From NCBI GenBank assembly GCA_965112735.1, contig OZ218964.1, forward strand, positions 1,116,001 to 1,180,000: a stretch of 64,000 nucleotides of DNA. Direction: 5' to 3'. Position 1 is the first letter of the stretch; each line of letters starts with the position of its first letter. The notes below the pieces were generated by a model, which was given only the letters and a program-made list of their open reading frames with translations, had not been told where the DNA came from and searched no databases. The stretch comes from Phaeosaccion multiseriatum (Eukaryota > Protista > Ochrophyta, other classes). Positions 48,837 through 60,700 of this stretch are shown in pieces. The translations under genes were made by a program, and so were the position numbers.

Positions 48837-49923
48837 TCCCTCTCTCCCCCTCTCCCCCCCTCTCTCTCATGTCCATACCACCCTCCACACGTTTGCTCAC
48901 GGCTTGGACCCCCTGCCCGGAATGTAGGCAGAAGGAGGGCCACCGAGGTGCTACGGGATTCAAGGCCCAGCGGAGGACATCCCCACCAGTAACAAGCGCC
49001 TCTGCGACATGATTGATCGGGAGGTGAAGCGCAGGGCTCAGCAAGAGGCAGCGAAGAAGGCGCAGGAGGCGGCCGCACTGCAGAGAGGTCGTGCAGGGCC
49101 CGGACCCCAGTCCCTGCAGCAGCAGCACCAGCAGCAGCGGCAGCAGCAACAGCAACAACAACAGCAGGGACAAGCGAGAAAGGCCGGCGGAGCGGGAGAC
49201 TTCACACACGTGGTGCTTGGGTACTCGCAGTCCATCCGGCGCAAAGAGGGCAACGATAAGCAGTTCTTCGGCCCGCTCGTTGTGTTTGGAATGAATATGT
49301 TTTTCGCCTCCAAGACGGACGTGGGCAATAAATTGGGGGCCTCCCCCTCCCCCTCCGCAGAGCAGCAGCACCAGCAGAAGCAAGCCCAACAGAAGAGGCT
49401 TCGGGAGCTTCGGGGTGAGGGGAAGGAGGTGCAGCAGGAGGTGCAGCAGCACGCGCAGGGACAGAGGCAGGGGCAGGGGAAGCCACATCAAGGGCAGGAG
49501 CAGGCTCAGGGGCAGGCTCAGGGGCAGGCTCAGGGGCAGCAGCAAGGGCACTGGAGTGGGCTTCAGCCGGGGGGGAAACAGCACCAGGGGCAGCAGGGAC
49601 AAGGGCAAGAGGGACAGCAGCAGGGGCAGCAGCAGGGCTTGCCCCAGTCGCTGTTTTCTTCGTTGGACGGCGTGGACCCCGCCGAGGAGCTACAGAAGTA
49701 CCAGGAGAAAATGGGCAAGACGCTTGTGTCTGTACAGAAGTTTTGGGCGAACGGCACCAAGGACTTCCCCACCAAGTTTGAGAAGAGTGCGAGGCGGATA
49801 GTCACCAGCATGGGCGTCATGCCCGCCAGGATGGAGAAGTTTGGCCGGAAGTGGTATGCGCATGCCTTCCCTCGCCTCGACGCGTCGGAAGATGACGACG
49901 ATGATGATGGTGCAAAGCACTGA
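48400..49923 (+). CDS. Hypothetical protein with Cys-containing N-terminal motifs and Gln/Gly-rich low-complexity tracts
   Basis: Exons 48400-48552 and 48928-49923 join in phase. RSCQACYGLSIYS..K|..PRCYG, FTHVVLGYS and FPTKFEKSARRI recall a plant/algal uncharacterised family (from memory, unverified). Confidence 0.7.
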
Positions 49924-50112
49924 GTGCTCCCGAGGGAGGGCTTTTCCCCTGTTTAATCCACTGTAATGTTTTTTAATGTATCGAAACTTCCTTTTTCACA
50001 GCGATGGCCGCCAAAGATGGTGAAGGCGGGCCAATTCTGTGAGTCCATTTTGGATAACCAACGCGTGAGCATTGCCCTCCACTGCCACGGGAATCGGATT
50101 AGCTCGATTGAT

Positions 50113-51655
50113 ATGGTGCGCCGGAAAGCTCCATTCAAACAGGCATTGCTCGTCCTCATGCTGTACCGTCTCACCAGGCCGGCGGCCGGCTTTGTGAGTC
50201 CGTGCACAAGCGCAAGGGGGCCCATGATACTCCGGCAAATGACGACCTCCACGGACTCTCTTCAGCAGGAGGCCGGTACGCAAATGACGACCTCCACGGG
50301 CTCTCTTCAGCAGGAGGCCGGTACCTTTCCCAGCGCAAGCGACATGGAGGAGTCGTCGAGGGAGCCAAACTTGCTGGAGCGCTGGGGTTCGCCTCGCTAC
50401 GTATGTGCTCCAATGGTGGAGCAGTCGGACCTACCCTTTCGCCTCCTTGTACGGAGGTACGGCTGCACTCTTGCCTACACGCCCATGATCCACTCGGGCC
50501 TCTTCAGTATGCCCACCGCTCAGCTCTTTAGAGACCAACACTTTGATGGTCTGGGTGCCTCACCCAAATCTGTAGTGGGCTACACCGGCGGCAGCAGCAG
50601 CAGCGGCAGCATGGGCAGTGAATTCCCGAACCCAGCCCAGCCTGATCGCATGAAGCAAGATTGGCCCCTCGTCGCCCAATTCTGCGGGAATGACCCAGAG
50701 ACTGTGGTGCTGGCGTCCAAGCATGTGCAGGATCACGTGGACGCCGTTGATCTGGTGCGTGTGTGCGTCTCGTGAGTGTGTTTGCAAAGCCTGTCCTTTC
50801 CTTTCCTTTTCTTCTCCTCTCTCAATCTCTCTCTCTCTCTCCCAAACACAGAACCTGGGCTGCCCCCAGCGCATCGCCAGGAAGGGCAACTACGGTGCCT
50901 ATCTGCTAGCAGACGTGGACCTCTGCGCGTCGATCGTCCGAGCCATGTCCAAGGAGCTGTCCGTGCCGGTGACTGCCAAGGTCCGCTGTCTCCCCACGGC
51001 AGAAGCCACGGTGGGCCTCGCCCTCAAGCTGCAGGAGGCCGGCGCACAGCTGCTCACTCTGCACGGGCGGACCCTTGCCGCAGCTAAGACCAACCAAGGA
51101 GGAGCAGACTGGGACATCATCCGAAGGGTCAAGCAAGAGGTCTCAATACCTTTGATCGCCAACGGAGGCATTGAGACCAAGCAGGACTGCGACGCCTGCC
51201 TAGCCTACACGGGTGCGGATGCAGTCATGAGTAGCGAAGCCCTGCTGGAGAACCCTGCCCTCTTCGACCCTCACCTCACCCCTCTAGAGGAGCTGCAGGG
51301 TGTGGAGGTGGCGTGGCGCCTGCTGCGTCTCTCGCTCGAGTACGTGGAGCTTGCCAAGCTCTATGGAGAGAATGTGTACCATATACCAGTCAAGACCAAA
51401 GCACACGTCTTCAAAATGCTGCACCGTCTGCTCCAGCTGGAGAGGAATCACGACTTGCGCACCCGCCTCGGAGCTCGATCCACCTTCTCCTTCGAGCGCA
51501 TTGAGCCCATCCTGGCAGAGCTGGCACTGCGGTATTCGTTTGATCCGGTGCATCGACAGCCCTTGGCGACAGCTGCGGAGGTAGAGGCTGTGTGGGGGGA
51601 CTCGCCCTTCGTCTCGCGCAAGACGTGGTACAGAAGACACCGGAGTGAGGAGTGA
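50113..51655 (+). CDS. DUS1: tRNA-dihydrouridine synthase, DUS1-like, with an N-terminal targeting extension
   Basis: Motifs APMVEQSDLPFRLL, YTPM, PLVAQFCGNDP, VDL|NLGCPQRIARKGNYGAYL, LTLHGRT, ADWDII, IANGGI and MSSEALLENPALF. One intron at 50755-50851. Several in-frame ATGs, so the start is uncertain. Confidence 0.92.
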
Positions 51656-52541
51656 GGAGTGAGTGGGGAGAGGGAGAGAGGAAAGAGAGAGAGAAAAGCT
51701 GCAGACCTCCCTGGTTGTGCGCTATAGGTATTGGGGAGCGATATCTCGCCTTCTGCTTCCCTTGGGGGGCAAAGCTCCAAGCTTCGTGGAGGAGGCAAGG
51801 CACTATCTACACCATATGACTGCGGTTTAGCTTGGCTTTGCTTCCATACACCACAGGGAGAGTTGAGGGAGCCCTCCCTCCAAGCACGCTGACTGACTGA
51901 CACCAGGCGCTGACGGACTGACACCAGGCACTGACGGACTGACAACATCAGGCACTGAGGGACCCACCGACGGCTCTCCACAGGTTAGGCATGGTCCGGA
52001 ATGCTTTGGCGCTTTGGCATCTCGACGCAGACGCGGAAGGGACAGTCACCGAGAGACCACCCCGTCATCCCCTGACTTGGGGCGCATTTGCTCCCTCTTA
52101 TGGGGGGAGTGGTAGACGTTGTGCGTTAGGACTCCTCTGCGTGTGCGGGTAGTAGGCGTCCCTCCGACAACGTCGAGGGGCAGCAGGGGAGGGGAGGTGG
52201 CACAGCTGCTGCGCCTCCTTCCCTCTACCTCACAGAGTCTAGAGGCTACCCACTCTTGGTGGCAAGGTCCGATCGATCGATCGATCGGGAGGGGGGGAGG
52301 GGGGGGGGATTTGCGGGAGGACAGAGAAGAGAAAGGGAATGAATGCCCCTTCCAGGCTTCCAGGCGGCAATGACAGCGAGGGAAGAGCCCAGAGCTCCTG
52401 CCTGCTTACAGTGGCGATGGCGGTGGGGGAAGGGGACACTCCTTTGTTTCATCTGCGGCGGAGTTCAGCTGAAAGGAAGCACGGCTCATCCATGTATTCG
52501 TATATCAACATCAAGCGGGTGGGAGGAGAAGGGCGAGGTGG

Positions 52542-52608
<67 letters not shown>

Positions 52609-53147
52609 TAAGGGTTACACTAACATCCGCGGGACAGACGGGGGCATGTGAAACGAGGCCGGAAGCTTGGAGCACCTCCTCATTTCACTTTTGCTCCTTC
52701 TCTTGCTACTTGGTTGAGAACGAATGCGATGCTTATCGCCCATTGGAAGCACGGACCCCGAAAGCGAGGGGCGGGGAGTCGACTCCCATCTATCGCCGAA
52801 GCTGAGTTTAGCTAGAATAATGCGAGGTTTTTAGAAAATCATGTTTAATTACTAATAGTATTTTAGTTTGTGTTTGTAAGTACAGAGGGACGTGGCTAAA
52901 GTGTATGCCTTGTCCCGAGTGTATATACATGCCATACCACCAGCGATGGGGCCGCCACTGACACCTTCCCTTCCCTTCCCTTCCCTTCCCTTCCCTTCCC
53001 TTCCCTTCCCTTCCCTTCCCTTCCCTTCTCTTCCCTTCCCTTCCCTTTCGGGTCGTATCTTTCTTTGCGTTGCAGAGCGTAATCTCTCAGCGCTCTGGCG
53101 CTCTTTGTGTCTCTCCCTCTCTCTCTACCCATCTAGCTTTCTCTCTC

Positions 53148-53197
<50 letters not shown>

Positions 53198-53466
53198 TTC
53201 CATCCTTCTCTTTCTCCATTCTGATCCTCAATCTCCGGTCTGTTGGGTTTCCGTGTCTCTCTCTCCCTCCGTCTCCCGTTGTCCGTTCGTTCCTTCCGTG
53301 CTTCCTTCCCTAACAAACACACACACCCACACCCCACCATCCCCCACACATATCCTCTGTCTCCCTCTCCGTCGTTCTCTCCCTCCTTCTCTTTCCACCC
53401 AGCAGAGCCAAGACCTACCGCACACCACACCACACCACACCGCACCACACCACACTTGGACGCTAA

Positions 53467-56400
53467 CTACTTCCTCTTGAAGCGCTTGCCCTTGCTCTGT
53501 AGCTCGGGTTTGCCCGTGCTCCTCGTGCTTCCTGTCCTTGCCTGTAGCCTGGACCGCGCCGTCCGCAGCCAAAAGACAGCCAACGCCTTGGAAGCCTCCG
53601 ACAGTTCCAGCTGCTTGCCCGCCCAATCAGCGGGCATATCGTCTCCTTCGTCGTCGCTCACGTCCACCACGGCTTGCTTCTTGCGCTTCCTGCCTTTTTT
53701 GCCAAACACATTGTCCTGCGCCTTGCGGTACCACTGCAGTAGCATGGCCCTCGAGGCTGCGGTGAGGAAGACGGGTCCGTAGTCCTCAATCTCCTCATCC
53801 GCGTCGTCGTCGCTGTCTGTGAGACCACTCGCCCCCGCCATGGCGTTGTTGCGCTCGTCTTCCTTGGTCCTGGAGATGCATCTGAGACAGAGCGTTTCAT
53901 AGCGTTGAATATTCATCCAGAAGCGCTTCCACGACACTTGATCGAACTCATCCTCGGGGTGCTCGAGCTCGAACAGAGCAATCACCTCCTCCAGCGGCAT
54001 CAACAGCTTCACCTGCAGCTGCTTCTTGGACAAGCACTGTCCGCAGTGCGAGCCACGCGCGTTGTTGATTAAAGGTTGCACCACCAGCCGAAGCTTCTGC
54101 CGCTTCCTCGCCTGCGCTAACCACCATCGAATGATGTTGCGCGAGGAAGGCGCAAGTGCCACCACACCAAACTCCGGCCCCTCGTCCTCGCTGTCCGACG
54201 AAACGTCGCGATTGAGCTGGTTCAGAATACGCGTCAACTGATTGATGAGATAGGGTCGGCTGCGTCGGAGGGTGCGTGGCGTGAGTATCTCGGGCAGTTG
54301 ATTGATGAGCCAAGCGCGGTTATAGTTGAGGAACTTGTAGCGGAAGGTCTCGCTGGTGATGCGCTGGTTCATCAGATAGGCATCGTGGCTGGCTCCCTGC
54401 AGCTCGTCCATATCCGGGATGTCAAAGTCATCGTCCTCCTCCACGCTGCTGTGCCAGGCGGTGTTTTCGTGCTTAATCTTCCACAGGTTGAAACGCACGG
54501 CCAGCCACATGAGTGCCTTTCCAATGAGGTAGCTGGCAGCCAACACGAACACCATCACGACTGCCACGGCCGGGTCGCCCCACAGGTTGTAATCCTGCCG
54601 AGTCATCATCTGCACGCCCAGCACAAAATAGATGATGCCGTTGACATGCACCGTGAGCATGACGTAGTACTGACTGCTGAAGCACATTTGGTCCAACGTT
54701 CGCATGCTTTCGTCGATGCACTCATCCAGCGAGTCCTCCAGGCCTTTCCAGCGCGTCTCTCGCTGTAAGAAGCGATAGCGTGTGTACACCAAATAGTCGT
54801 GAATCTTCCACCCGTGAAACAGCTCCTGCACGCCGTGGATGAAAATGTCCACGGCCAGCTGAAACACGATAATGATGAGCGCGAACCACAAATAATACTC
54901 CATGTCTTGCTCCTTGATACTGTACAACGCCGGCAAGGCGGTGGGGTACCGTAGCGTCATGAACAGCACGATGACGTAGGGGAAGTAGAAGAGAGACATG
55001 GCGTCCGTGGAGTAGCTCCCGAACGAGTCTAGTAGCGGCTCCACCGTCTCTCCTCCACCTTCGGGCCCAACCTCTTCCTCGTCGGGGAAGAGCGGCGGTT
55101 TCCCCGCGCCCTTCTCCTCCTTCTTTGCCGCCTCCTCTCGCTTGCTTACGAGACCGAACTTCATCTTGATCCACTTGGGCTGCAACTCAATGAGTCGATC
55201 CTGGGCGGCGCCCACTTTCTGTCCAATGGCGTGTAAGATGAGGCCTAGAGTTGGGTCCACATAGACTCGAAAGAGCATGACCAGACCCAAGTCCAGGAAG
55301 AAGCCGAGCAAAAAGTCGAGGAAATCAGACGCGGCGAGGGTAGTAATGCCCATCACTAAACCCAGCGAAGTTCCGATGGGGGCCGACAGCAGCGCCTCCT
55401 GAAGTTGGTGGTCCACAATGTCGCCAATAAACATGTCCATGATGGTGTAACCGATAAACACATACCAGTAGTACAGTCCGAACTGCGACCAGAGCGAAAA
55501 CTCCACAAGGAAGAGACAGAAAAGACCCATCATGTAGGAAGTAAAGATCATGTTGGACCGTTTCCACGTCAAGCTCGTCCACACCAGCTCCTTCGCCGCG
55601 CGAGGGTCTCGCTTGAGTTCGAGGTCTTTCTCTCTCTTGCTCTGGCGATTAGGGAGGAAGATTTGCGCCCCCACGTAGATGCTCACGGCACTGATGCAGA
55701 CAAAGCCAATCCCCAGTCGACCGTAACGAGCCTTGAGGAAATCGTCAGGGTCGACCGCGGCGCCCATCTCAACGTAGTGGAGGGCGTAACCGTCGAGCAG
55801 CCAGGCGTCGGCCACGTTAGGGAAGAGGCCGCCGAGAGACCAGCCAAAGACCAAGCCGTAGAGGCTGAGTGTTAGGAGAGCGATCGGAATGAGTCCGAGA
55901 ACCGTGCCGGAGAAGGCAGGAGGCGCAATGAGCGTGTACATACTCCAGAAGCGAAGGCGGGGTGGACTGACGAGCTGCGTGGTGAGACGCACCACGACCC
56001 AAAACAAGAAGGCGATGAAGACGGCAAAGGTGCCCGTGATGACAAACAGCACCCAAAACACCGACCGCTCGAAGGCAAACTTGATGATCAAGGCGCGGTA
56101 ACCCAGCGGCTTGAGCTCGATGCTGAGCTTGTAGTCGGAGTTGGTCGTATCTTCGTCGAAATCCTCGTAGTAGAGAATGGCCTCCAGGATGCGCTTCTCG
56201 AACTGGTCCAGTTGGTAGTACGAAATCTCCAGCTTGAGGGTGCGTGGGAAGCACAGCGTGGTGCAGCCTCCAAGGTAGTCGTTGGCAGCGGTGCGATCTA
56301 CCATGACGGGCACAAACACATCGTCTCCTTCCTTGTCCTGAATGTAGTCGATAAAGTAGCTCGTCCCTCCGTCATCCTCCGCTGTCCGGGTGGTGCCTCT

Positions 56401-57666
56401 TCCCGTGAACTGGTTCCAGTTGATGGGCTGCCGTAGAAGCGAGAAGAGCTCGTCGGAAGTAGACGCCTCGAACCACCTCGGTACCACATCCACAGACCCG
56501 AGGTCTTCCTCATACTGACAATCCACCGAGAAGCGACACCAGTCTGCGACGGGCTCCTGCCCAACATCCGCCGGCCCCACCGCCCGCACGTCGTCCTGAA
56601 TGGGGAAGGAAGGGAATGCGTACCTCCACCATGACGAATCATAGTCGTCGGGCAACTCACAGGCGTCGCTCTCAAAGGCGCGGTGGATGGGAATGTGCGA
56701 ATCAAACCCGCGGCAGTTGCTGAAGTAGGGGAAGTAGGGTAGCATCATCTGGGTGAAGTCGTACGTGTACTCGGTGCCGGCGGCGCTGCTGGGATCGTAG
56801 GACATGCCGTCGAACACTTCCAGCCATGCGTCCTGTTGGGGTTGGTGGGGGTGTGGTTTGGTTGGGTTGGGGTCGGGTTGGGTCAGGTTTGGGTGCGGAT
56901 GTGGGTGTGGGTGGGGGTTGCGGTTGGATACAAGCGGTCAATTCATTCGGTCATGAGGAGGGGGTGAGGAAAGCAACGCCAGCAACAAGACCAACATCAC
57001 ATGTCAATTCATTCGGTCATGAGGAGGCGGTGAGGAAAGCAACACCAACAACAAGACCAACATCACAGTGAGAGAGAGGAGCGAACCCCGCCTGTTAGAC
57101 CGTCCATCCACAACCATCCATAACCATCCACAACCATCCACAACCATCCAAACTCATCCAGAGCCATCCATCCACACGCACCTTTGCTTCCTTGGAGCGC
57201 ACATCCGTGGCTTCCGGAGCATCCCAATAGGCGGAGTCCGGCGCTACATCTGACTCCTCCTCTGTGAGCCACGGCGTGTCCGCATTCAAGTGGCTCGTGT
57301 TGAAGCCCAGCAGCACGCGGCCCTTCTCATAGTCGCTGTACCTCGGCGGTAGATTAAGTGGAGCCGAGAAGGAACTGAGCTGATCGAAGGTGTACACCGA
57401 TACAAAGAACCACTCTCTTTCTACGTGCCGCTCCCCGAATGACACATAGGGGCTGAGCATCCGGCCGTCCCGCCCCTCCCTTCCCATGGCCACGTTAGCC
57501 CTTCCCGGTGAGAAGATCTCGACGGTGGTGGTGTTGACGAAGAAGGGGGCAGCGGGTAGGTGCACACCGTACATTATCTCAATGTCCGTCTTGACGAGCA
57601 CGTCTTCGAGCGCAAACACCGTGAAGTTCAGCATCTGCAAAGAGTGTTGGTGTGTGCGTGTGTGTT

Positions 57667-57707
<41 letters not shown>

Positions 57708-60700
57708 AGAGCAAGAGCGATCGTTAGTCACGTGGAGAAAAGGAGGGAAGGGGGCGCAAACTTGCAACAACCCCGCAAGCTCAGGCAGTCAAGCTTTTAC
57801 ACATCGGGGGACATGAATACAACCCCGCAAGCTCAGGCAGTCAAGCTTTTACACATCGGGGGACATGAAACTCGCAAGCTCAGGCAAGCTTTTACACATC
57901 GGGGGACATGAAACTCGCAAGCTCAGGCAAGCTTTTACACATCGGGGGACATGAAACTCGCAAGCTCAGGCAAGCTTTTACACATCGGGGGACATGAAAC
58001 TCGAAAGTACGCACACGGGCACACCCCCCACCCCCCTTTGGCGCGTGTAAGGAAATGTAAACATAACATTACGTAACGCACCTGGTTCTTCGGTACCGAC
58101 GCATCCAAAAAGCCGCTGGGGAATTCGAGGGGCTGTCTGCAGGGAAGCGTTTCGGAAGCCGCCAGACGGACTCGGTTGGAGTTGCACAGTTCATCGTCAC
58201 AGCGAGAGGGCGTCACATGGATGGCAATCTTGTAGTGCTCATCGTACAGCAGCTCCTCAGGTAGGTGAGAAAAGTCGTAGGTAAGGCGAGCCGTCTCCAA
58301 GGCCCGCAGCATGAACCAGCCTTGCTCTCGAGTCCGAGGGGCCTCTTCGCTCACCACAGCGGCCACACAACGCCGAGCATCCATGGCGTAGACACGTGTG
58401 TCGTTCTCCCATCTGCTGTCGAGGATGTAAGTGAAGGTGGCGAAGGTAGGCAGAACCTCCCAATCCAGGAAGTTGTCGTAGTCGTCCGAGAGCACACTGT
58501 GCGGGTAGAGCAGACCGTCTCCGGAGAAGCGAGTGCCTCCGTTGGTCACATCCACGCGCATCTCCGCGGTAAGGCAAGGGTTCCACCTGAGCCCCTTCTC
58601 CGGTTGGTCCCAGCACAGGCCGTCGTCAACCTCGTCGGTGGTACACGGGACCAGCAGGCTGAAGATGCTGCGGTAGCCTCCTGCGCACTCCTCCAGCGAC
58701 AAGTCTTCGGCAGAACACGTCTGTTGGAAGGCGACCGTTCCGTCCACCTCCACACAAAGCTCGTGGGCGGGCATGGTGGTCAAGTCGTCGGCAAACTCAT
58801 ACCGCGGCAGAGGGCACTCCACCCGAGTGCTGCTGATGTAGGTGGCCGGTAGCTCAATGGACTTGGGGGACACGGTGCCCAAGTTGTAGTCCAGGTCCCG
58901 GCAAGAACGCGGACCCGCCTCAGTACCGTTACATGCCGAGTAACGGCAGTGCAGTACGGTACTGTCCTGGAAGTTCCGCCCAATGACCGTGATGGTGCGG
59001 TAGTCGGGGTCGGGCGTGGCCGGGCCGTAGCTCGGGCACGTCCGGAATACCTCCACCGTGTCATTGGTCCAAAAGGCGTCGGAGCTCGTCTGGTTGACTG
59101 GGTTGACCTTCTCTACTACCGCCACCTCGCCCGTGGGGCTAGCGTCTACCGTACTATCAAACATTGTCGACCCAGAGCCGTCCAATTTCGAGTAGGCGAA
59201 TTTTGGGTAGTAGGAAGCTAGTTCAAAGGGGTCGTCTTGTGAAATCTCCAGCTTGTCGCACACCGAGGTTTCCGCGATGATACAATTGGTAAGGCTTGTC
59301 GAGCCTGTCTCTGAGGTGGTGCCACGTGGGCATCGTGTATCCTTTGAAGCGCCGCTCGCCGACCCCGTTGGGCAGTAGTAGCCGACAGGGCACTTGTATT
59401 GGGTGGCGAGGTAGCTGGGGGTGCCACGGGTACAGTAGTAGCCTGCCTCGCACATGAGGTCGTACTGGTTCTCTGGGGCTGTCTCCACGCCGCAGTAAGT
59501 ACCTGGGTGTAGGTAAGGGTATGGCCGGCAGGGGAAGGCATAGGGGTACAAGGGGCAGGTAAGAGGCATATGGGCATATAAGTATGGGTATATAAGTATG
59601 AGTAGGCATGGCAGGGCAGGCATATGGACATAAAAGGCACGCAGAGTAGGGCACGGCAGGCGTATGGGCATGGGTGTGGGTAGGTAGACAGACACATGTG
59701 CATGCATACCCCGTATACCTAATACCTACCTGCTGGGCACTTGTGCGCGAATTGCGTGGTACGGTCGGTGCCGAAGCCGCAATTGTAGCCCGCCGAACAC
59801 TGCTTGCTCTCCAGCAAGTTGCTCATGCCCTGCACACCGCAGATCCTTCCCGGTGGGCAGGGCTCGCATAGAGAAATGTCCACCACGCCTTCGTGCGGAG
59901 AGAAGGTCCCAGTGGGGCAAGGCCGGCAGGTGACTGAGTCTGCGATGGAGCGGTAGTAGCCGCTCTGACAGATGCTCGGCTCGTAAGTTCCGTAGTCAGG
60001 GCAAGTGTAACCAGCGGGGCACACAATGCATGCATCTGAGCCGGTGAAGGGAGTAAAGGTCCCCGGGAAGCACAGCTTGGGCACCACCGAACCTTCCGAG
60101 TCCGCAAAGTTCCCCAGCGTCACCTCCACAGGATAAGACACTCCAGGGGGGCAGTAGTGACCCGCGAAGCAAGGACCAGAGCCCGAGGGCGACACCGAAG
60201 CCGCCTTGCAGTAGGTTCCCTCTGTGCAGGTCTGAGGGGCTGTCATGCCCTGTGGACTTGTTGCTCCCCAGTCCATGGTGATGTTGTGAGCCACCCCACC
60301 CAGGCAGAACGTCCCCGGGGGACAAGGCATGGGTCGATGTGGGGTTGGGTCGGCGGGGTTGAGGGTGAGCGTGCCCTCGTCGCAATAGAAGCCGGGCGGG
60401 CAGAGCACCACCGGTGCCGACAGACCCAGTGAAGTGCAGACAAAGCCGCTCGGGCAGGGCTCTGGGTATTGCCTGCCCCACCCTGGGCAAATGTGCCCCG
60501 TTGCGCAGAGAGTGCAATTCGACTGGGCCGAGAGCGAGTTGAACGTCCCCGGGGGGCAGTCGCGCGGCTTGGTGTTGCCCACCCCGGGGCACAGCGACCC
60601 CGGGGGGCAGGCGACGGCGTCTACTGGCGATGGACAGTAGAAGCCGGTGGGACACGGGCCGGAGCCTTCGGGAGAGAAGCTCCCCCTTGCGCAGAAGAAG

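Noticed and set aside
52360-52810. SECIS- or ribozyme-like hairpins between the convergent DUS1 and giant-protein genes, including the GGGAGTCGACTCCC palindrome
   Set aside because: No proper SECIS core geometry, no in-frame UGA in the flanking genes and no hammerhead/HDV core recognised.
57764-58003. 43/52-bp repeats considered as CRISPR-like
   Set aside because: The intervening sequence is itself repeated, so this is a plain intronic minisatellite.
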